In this document: positions 59,141 to 64,000 of the stretch, piece by piece
How positions within the stretch are numbered: the stretch's first letter is position 1
Layout of the letters: every line of letters starts with the position of its first letter
From: Alphaproteobacteria bacterium
GTDB taxonomy: Bacteria; Pseudomonadota; Alphaproteobacteria; Rs-D84
Assembly: GCA_017475605.1 (NCBI GenBank)
Contig: JAFVFD010000005.1
Coordinates: 217,758 to 281,757, forward strand
Reading direction: 5' to 3'
Length of the DNA: 64,000 nucleotides
The notes under the pieces: generated by a model
What the model was told of the DNA's origin: nothing
Database searches by the model: none
The model's input: the letters and a program-made list of their open reading frames with translations, nothing else
Made by a program: the position numbers and the translations under genes

Positions 59141-59201
59141 AAAGACCGGTTGCAAAAAATCCTATTTTCACATATAATTAACAATGGATACAAAACAAAA
59201 G

Positions 59202-59315
59202 GAGTCCATAATGCTTACACTTATATTTGTTATTTTGAAACTGACCAAGGTTGTTAATTGGTCATGGTGGTGGATATTGTTAACATTGGCATTGGACGGC
59301 GGTGTATTTGGCCGT
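59202..59315 (+). CDS. 37-aa hydrophobic peptide (MLTLIFVILKLTKVVNWSWWWILLTLALDGGVFGRIL)
   Basis: Strong AAGGAG RBS 8 nt upstream, a clean ORF, and a dedicated intrinsic terminator 15 nt downstream. Confidence 0.45.
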
Positions 59316-59329
59316 ATTCTGTAATAACA

Positions 59330-59366
59330 CCTATTACAAAAACACCCACGATTGTGGGTGTTTTTT
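59330..59366 (+). terminator. Intrinsic terminator after the small peptide gene
   Basis: cacccacgattgtgggtg stem followed by ttttttatt. Confidence 0.6.
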
Positions 59367-59877
59367 ATTGTTCTGAAATTATTTTAAATAACATACTGTT
59401 TGCGATTTTCCAAGCATCACTAATATCAACACTTTTCCAATCATGAAAATTTAAATTATCTGAAACAATTTTAACTGATTTAATTGTTGGAAACAAACTG
59501 GCTAATGTATAAAGTTCCATATCAAATATGCCTGTGTGTTCACTTGATTCAACAAAGTCAAAAGATGAATAGCATTTGACATTTGATGTGGTATCCAGGG
59601 TATATTCTGGACATGGAAAGTGTTTAGAGTTTTGTTCAGCCGCCGCCACACCAACATTTACCACCGTACCAATTGGATATTCATTTGAACCGACATAGCC
59701 TATGTTAAAAAATCTATCGCCATGATTAAATTTTTTATTCAAAAATAATTTTGCCAGTGTCCGTAATGTCGCCGGACAACCAATACCCAAAACTATTATT
59801 TCTGTTGTTTGTTCAAGTTCAGGTGGTATTTTGATATTGTCTGCCTCTTGTTTATCCGCAACCAAAATATAGTTCAT
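59365..59877 (-). CDS. Truncated nucleoside phosphorylase/MTAN-fold (PNP_UDP_1-like) protein
   Basis: IIVLGIGCPATLRTLAKLF..IGYVGSNEYPIGTVV and GIFDMELYTLASLF..VKIVSDNLN align with the GIGKVAAA...GSAGG and EMEA..SD blocks of MTA/SAH nucleosidases, but the protein is only about 170 aa. An AAGGA RBS precedes the internal Met at 59877. Confidence 0.5.
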   Translation of the reverse strand: MNYILVADKQEADNIKIPPELEQTTEIIVLGIGCPATLRTLAKLFLNKKFNHGDRFFNIGYVGSNEYPIGTVVNVGVAAAEQNSKHFPCPEYTLDTTSNVKCYSSFDFVESSEHTGIFDMELYTLASLFPTIKSVKIVSDNLNFHDWKSVDISDAWKIANSMLFKIISEQ

Positions 59878-60069
59878 TGTTATATCCTTTTTATAATACA
59901 AGTGTATAGTGAAAATAGATAAAAACAAATAAAAATCAAAAGAAATTCCCTTGGTCGATTTTTTAAGATTTTTCTAATTGTCTATTCTCGTATTGGTCAT
60001 GCGTGCCGTTGGCACTCTGACCGATCCACCCACCCCACTTTATCAAAAACAAAAACCACCCTTTCTGGT

Positions 60070-60198
60070 GGTTTGTATTTTTGGTGGGAATCAGCTTGCA
60101 CTAATCGAGCAGGAAACAAACAAGAATTTGCCGATTTAATGCAACGGGTAAAAGAGTTTAAAGATAAATGGTTAATTTCACCCGAGGGTGAAAATTGA
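60070..60198 (+). pseudogene. Orphan C-terminal gene fragment (...EFADLMQRVKEFKDKWLISPEGEN*)
   Basis: Short open frame ending TGA at 60196-60198 with no plausible start and no RBS. Adjacent to an att-like remnant. Confidence 0.25.
60078..60088. repeat. 11-nt exact copy of tRNA-Tyr 3' terminus (ttttggtggga)
   Basis: Identical to 62317-62327 in the same orientation. Confidence 0.3.
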
Positions 60199-60261
60199 TT
60201 AGTTGAAAACTTTTACATATTGGAATATAATCATATTGTGTAATAAGAAGGAACTATAGTG

Positions 60262-61134
60262 ATGTATCAGCCAATTGAAATATTCTTAATGTTGTTATTA
60301 CTTGGTTTGTTTGTTGCAGTAATACTATTAATCTCTCAATACAATAAAAAAACATTAGAAAGAACAAAAGCTACATTGGCAAAAAAGGGTTTAAAACAAG
60401 AACGGTTATCTTGCAAACAAGCAATAGTTAATTTTTTTGCGAAAGCTTTTGATTTTAAGTCTAGAGCAGCACTATCAGAATTATGGTGGATTGTATTATG
60501 TATTATTTTTCCTATGAATGTTATTGAAAAAATGTGGCCAATGGTCTGGTTGTTTTTATTATTATTCTTCGTTGTGCCTCTTTTATCTTTGAGTGTAAGA
60601 CGATTCCGAGACGTAGGAATTTCACCAGTAATAGCAATTTCAATATTCTTTCTTAAACCTATAATAGAGGCGATTGGGGCAGCCAATTTTAATGGAATGT
60701 GGGTGCTATGGTTTTTCTTGCTGGGTCTTGTATGCTTGGTTGTGCAAGTATGGGCCGTGTTTAGAGCCTCAGATCCATTTGATAATAAGTTCGGAAAAAT
60801 TCCGAATGTTATCCCACTAAATAAAAAAGAAAACAAACCCCAAAAAACTAACATATCAATTACAAACACTTTACAAAAAATATATTTTAATACTATAAAA
60901 AATACAGGAAATATTAGGTTGTTGTTTGTTTTGGGGATTATATGTAGTTTTATTTGCTTGAACAATGTATATGACAGTTATTCTTGGCATAAATTGTACA
61001 ACAACTCTTATTCTTTATGGAATTTTTTATGGGTAATTTTTTGGTTTTATGTGCCGTTCTTTGTTGTGTTTCCTATAAAATTTATCATTGATGGTTATAA
61101 ACAAGAAAAGAAAAAGAACACAAATAAAAAGTAA
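60262..61134 (+). CDS. DUF805 family inner-membrane protein
   Basis: SELWWIVLCIIF...LLSLSVRRFRDVGIS matches the DUF805 core (FWW...sVRRLHD.G.SGWW), with additional TM helices. AAGGAA RBS before ATG 60262. Confidence 0.6.
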   Translation: MYQPIEIFLMLLLLGLFVAVILLISQYNKKTLERTKATLAKKGLKQERLSCKQAIVNFFAKAFDFKSRAALSELWWIVLCIIFPMNVIEKMWPMVWLFLLLFFVVPLLSLSVRRFRDVGISPVIAISIFFLKPIIEAIGAANFNGMWVLWFFLLGLVCLVVQVWAVFRASDPFDNKFGKIPNVIPLNKKENKPQKTNISITNTLQKIYFNTIKNTGNIRLLFVLGIICSFICLNNVYDSYSWHKLYNNSYSLWNFLWVIFWFYVPFFVVFPIKFIIDGYKQEKKKNTNKK

Positions 61135-61138
61135 AATA

Positions 61139-61166
61139 CAAACTCGTCATTTTGACGAGTTTTTTG
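61139..61166 (+). terminator. Intrinsic terminator after the DUF805 gene
   Basis: aaactcgtcattttgacgagttttttg. Confidence 0.55.
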
Positions 61167-61181
61167 TTCAAAACCCGCCTT

Positions 61182-61194
61182 GGTGGATTCGAAC
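61182..61194. repeat. 13-nt exact copy of tRNA-Tyr T-arm/acceptor segment (ggtggattcgaac)
   Basis: Identical to 62331-62343 in the same orientation. The flanking ttggtgg also matches 62319-62325. It does not fold into a full tRNA. Confidence 0.35.
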
Positions 61195-61281
61195 GTGGCA
61201 ACCAAGCTATCGAAGATTGGTATAAATCATAAACTTTCTTCGAGTTATTTAAAAGTATCAGAAATATAAAAATAAAAGCTG

Positions 61282-62118
61282 TTAATCAAGGTTGTAATGT
61301 CTTTTGTTGTTTTCGATATCCTTTTTCATTTCTTCCAGTAATTTATCAATAGATATTTCCTGTGGTTTACTAGCAAATAAATTAGAACAAATTCCGCCAC
61401 CGCAAATAGTCGCAATGTTTACCCTTTGGTTTTTATATAACTTATTCACTTCCTCTGTTCTTAGTTTTAATTTTTTATGGGTCATCTTGATGATTGCGGA
61501 ATCTGCTGAATCCTTTAGTTTTGCGACAATATTCCGTATATTACTAATCACAGCATTTCCATAATCTTTGGCTTCTTTTTCTGTTGGTTTATATCCTTGA
61601 TGAATCACTTTGTTTCTTAGTTCTTTGACTGTGTATTTTTTGTTTTTTCTTTTATTTTCAATTTGTTTTCGTGAGATATCAATCGGAGAAATCCCAAATT
61701 CCAACAAATATAAAAAAGAAAAAGCACCATATTGTCTTTCAGATAAATTACCAATAATTTTCCATGTTTCGTCAAAAGCCTCTAAAGAAATATTATGTTT
61801 AATACAAATTACTTCTATGAAAAATTCGAAAAAACGTTCTTCTGCAGATGCAAAATTAAAAAAAGCCCCTCGAAAATTACAGTTGAGTAAATCCTCTAAT
61901 GCCATATCTAATAAAAATTCATATTGAAAATTTTGGTGAATACCAACCGTAATATGCCCCTTTGGACACTTAAACTCTTCTACCTGAAATTCATCTGTTG
62001 CATTGTTCCATAAAGATTTTCGTTTAATTTGTTCATATTGATAAGGTGGCATTTCCTCTTTTTTGGACGCTTCGTCTTGACAGGTTGGGCACCATTCAAA
62101 AATTTGTCTATGAAGCAT
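61282..62118 (-). CDS. Zn-ribbon + HEPN (DUF4145/Abi-like) domain protein
   Basis: N-terminal CPTC...CPKGH; Rx4H motif LRNKVIHQG followed by a TEKEAKD acidic helix, as in DUF4145/Abi_2 HEPN domains. AT-rich, 278 aa. Confidence 0.5.
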   Translation of the reverse strand: MLHRQIFEWCPTCQDEASKKEEMPPYQYEQIKRKSLWNNATDEFQVEEFKCPKGHITVGIHQNFQYEFLLDMALEDLLNCNFRGAFFNFASAEERFFEFFIEVICIKHNISLEAFDETWKIIGNLSERQYGAFSFLYLLEFGISPIDISRKQIENKRKNKKYTVKELRNKVIHQGYKPTEKEAKDYGNAVISNIRNIVAKLKDSADSAIIKMTHKKLKLRTEEVNKLYKNQRVNIATICGGGICSNLFASKPQEISIDKLLEEMKKDIENNKRHYNLD

Positions 62119-62319
62119 ATCGATATCCTTTACATAAAAACTTTTACTTGAGTATATAATAATTAATAAAAATTATTCAGCAAGCACCAATATTCAAAAC
62201 GAGCATAACTTGTTCGAATATTGGTAGAACTTAGTGTTTTTTGGATATGCTATTTTCGAACCTCCCGAATAGTACAAAATCCAAAGAAAAACCGCACTTT
62301 TGAAGCGCGGTGTATCTTT

Positions 62320-62406
62320 TGGTGGGAGTGGGTGGATTCGAACCACCTCAGGCTTAAGCCAACAGATTTACAGTCTGCCCCGGCTCTCCAACTCCGGCGC
62401 ACGCCC
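62320..62406 (-). tRNA. tRNA-Tyr (GTA), type II with long variable arm
   Basis: Manual fold of the minus strand: acceptor GGGCGTG, D-arm CCGG/AGTTGGAGAG/CCGG, anticodon arm GCAGA-CTGTAAA-TCTGT, long variable arm, T-arm GGTGG-TTCGAAT-CCACC, encoded CCA. There is one C4:U69 acceptor mismatch and C at position 8. Confidence 0.8.
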
Positions 62407-62514
62407 AGAACTTTTTTTGACGGACAGCCCGTCTTTGCCATTCGGCAAATCCGCGGCATTCCGTTTTGCTTGGCCCCAACCCGCCTGTCGCGGCTTTGCG
62501 CCAGCAAAGACGGA

Positions 62515-62589
62515 TGGTGCGGGCAGCGGGACTCGAACCCGCACATCAAGCTTGGAAGGCTTGCGTACTAGCCCTTGTACTATGCCCGC
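62515..62589 (-). tRNA. tRNA-Gly (TCC)
   Basis: Manual fold: acceptor GCGGGCA/TGCCCGC, D-stem GTAC/GTAC, anticodon arm CAAGC-CTTCCAA-GCTTG, T-arm GCGGG-TTCGAGT-CCCGC, encoded CCA; 75 nt. Confidence 0.9.
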
Positions 62590-62652
62590 GATGTCCGTAA
62601 GCCCCCTGATTATATCTTAATTTAATTGAAAATCAAGCGAATATTCCCCACC

Positions 62653-63315
62653 CTATTTATTAATTGGCGGGAAACAATCACCACCAGTTTTTGGACAGCA
62701 TGCGAATTTCAGATTGCCCAAATCTTTAAATATTTCGTCTGTACAGCACCCATACTTATTCGGCTTGGTTCCGTCGCCACAAAGGCCCGCCGCCAAATTC
62801 GCATCATATTGTGCCGCCCATTCTTCTTCTGATATTTCATTTTTCGCGTTGTCGTTTGCTGCCACAGGGGCCTGCTTTTCAACACAATCCATATCATATA
62901 CACCACGCATAGATGCCAATGTATCCGCCTTGGTTGCATCATCGGTTGCAGCCAATTTTGCGATTTCACTGTTTAACTTTTCGCAATTAGATTTTTTGTT
63001 TGCCAAATATTCGCTTAACGCGTCAGATGTTGCCACCGTCGTAACAGGCGCCTGCTTTACCAATGGCAGATTGCGCATAACCGTCCGCCGTCCCGCCGAT
63101 TTAGCAACACAATTACTGCGGTGCATTGTTTGTAATTGCTTTAATTGCGCGGCAATTTCGTCATCTGGGTCTACAATCGCGGACAATGTTTCTATTTCCG
63201 TCTTGATTTCGGCGCATGTTTTGCGTTCAGCAAGTTTTTGTGTGGGTGCCGCATCATCGGCAAATGCCGGCATCGCCATCATCATAAATCCCACAAGCAA
63301 TATTGGCAGTTTCAT
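62653..63315 (-). CDS. Secreted Cys-rich hypothetical protein
   Basis: Signal peptide MKLPILLVGFMMMAMPAFA, several Cys pairs, C-terminal CGDGTKPNKYGCCTDE...CCPKTGGDC. Confidence 0.5.
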   Translation of the reverse strand: MKLPILLVGFMMMAMPAFADDAAPTQKLAERKTCAEIKTEIETLSAIVDPDDEIAAQLKQLQTMHRSNCVAKSAGRRTVMRNLPLVKQAPVTTVATSDALSEYLANKKSNCEKLNSEIAKLAATDDATKADTLASMRGVYDMDCVEKQAPVAANDNAKNEISEEEWAAQYDANLAAGLCGDGTKPNKYGCCTDEIFKDLGNLKFACCPKTGGDCFPPINK

Positions 63316-63327
63316 TTTTTACCCCAA

Positions 63328-63927
63328 TTATTCGTTAATTATTTTTTCCAGTTCGATTATAAAATCGATTGCAGGATTAGTAATTTTTTTCGCCTTGTCC
63401 AAGATTTCCTGGGCCGCGTTTTGCATTCTCAGACGTTTATATGTTTCAACAATTTCGATTGTTTCGCGTTGGTGGCTTACATCGTCATCTTCCAATGCGC
63501 GTGCGATTTCCAATTCTTGCTTTGCCAAATCAACATATTTTTGGCTATTTTCCGGACAACCGCGTTCGGACAGATTCGCATATATTTTTGCATTATCAAT
63601 ATGATTATCAGAAATATCTGTATCTTCATTCCACAAACGTCTGCTTAACAAACTTTCAATTTGTTGGCACGTTGAAAGTTTTTTGAATTCTTCTTCACTT
63701 TCTACAACAGTTTCTTCGGTATTAGGAACCGTTTTTTCCGCCGCGACGGCCGCACTGACACGCAATTTTTGGACATCTGTACCCAACATAAATCCGCACA
63801 GGAACAGACCAACCAACGCAACAAGCCCCCAAAAACGTTGCCGACGATTATGCGATACAACAGCACGATCCATCGCAGCCGCCAGTTTGGTTTGTTTTGA
63901 TTTTGTGTGATTGGTCTGTTTTTTCAT
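63328..63927 (-). CDS. Membrane-anchored hypothetical protein
   Basis: N-terminal basic segment plus one TM (FWGLVALVGLFLCGFMLG), and an acidic coiled-coil-like periplasmic region. Confidence 0.45.
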   Translation of the reverse strand: MKKQTNHTKSKQTKLAAAMDRAVVSHNRRQRFWGLVALVGLFLCGFMLGTDVQKLRVSAAVAAEKTVPNTEETVVESEEEFKKLSTCQQIESLLSRRLWNEDTDISDNHIDNAKIYANLSERGCPENSQKYVDLAKQELEIARALEDDDVSHQRETIEIVETYKRLRMQNAAQEILDKAKKITNPAIDFIIELEKIINE

Positions 63928-64000
63928 TTCTCTCTCTCCTTCTGTGCTCTGGTTTTATATTTCATTTGTACTATTTTACGATACCATTTTCAATGGTAAT

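Larger units (their letters stand above)
59141..62319. mobile_element. Degenerate tRNA-Tyr-associated accessory islet (no integrase retained)
   Basis: AT-rich cargo genes between the ligase terminator and the tRNA-Tyr 3' end, with two short direct copies of the tRNA-Tyr 3' end at 60078-60088 and 61182-61194. Confidence 0.35.

Noticed and set aside
61170-61200. tRNA-like sequence (ggattcgaac)
   Set aside because: It cannot be folded into acceptor, D or anticodon arms. It is interpreted as a 13-nt remnant copy of the tRNA-Tyr 3' end (att vestige), not a tRNA gene.
62714-63604. 296-aa Ser-rich + strand ORF
   Set aside because: It is antisense to two minus-strand genes with good signal peptides. 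The low-complexity Ser/Ala composition is typical of spurious frames.

Overview
This 64-kb window looks like a moderately AT-rich alphaproteobacterial chromosome segment. The alphaproteobacterial call rests on a MucR/Ros regulator, an RHH_4 small regulator, AddB, and a J-domain/XerD arrangement.

About 70% of the window is conserved housekeeping backbone:
- Translation: thrS, gltX-family ligase, serS, trmB, typA/bipA, engB, mnmE, rsmI.
- Secretion and envelope: tatA, secD/secF/yajC, secB, ftsK, ctpA, a PAP2 phosphatase, mltA, lptF/G, an lpoA-like lipoprotein.
- DNA repair and recombination: mutL, recA, ruvA, ruvC, yebC, rarA, addB, xthA, xerC/D.
- Transcription and metabolism: greA, trxB.

Interleaved with this are several compositionally atypical or functionally unassigned blocks:
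1. A five-gene block of hypothetical proteins (6.7-9.5 kb). It includes a SUKH/SMI1-KNR4-like protein and an RHH_4 regulator, and it converges on and overlaps lnt.
2. An in-frame YbeY-Lnt fusion ORF.
3. A GH24-lysozyme-like protein with C-terminal TPR repeats next to mucR.
4. Two tandem outer-membrane beta-barrel genes.
5. A six-gene polysaccharide/capsule locus (35.2-41.2 kb) inserted between typA and recA, with a Stealth-family phosphotransferase and GT61-, GT2- and Caps_synth-like enzymes.
6. An AT-rich lipoprotein plus OMP pair preceded by a roughly 190-nt structured RNA with its own -10 box and intrinsic terminator.
7. A degenerate accessory islet (59.1-62.3 kb) abutting the 3' end of tRNA-Tyr (tRNA-Gly lies just beyond). 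It carries a Zn-ribbon/HEPN(DUF4145)-like protein, a DUF805 membrane protein, a truncated PNP/MTAN-fold protein and a 37-aa hydrophobic peptide. Two short copies of the tRNA-Tyr 3' end look like vestigial att sites.

No CRISPR array, no transposase and no intact integrase were seen. All calls are from reading the sequence and translations; no database searches were run.
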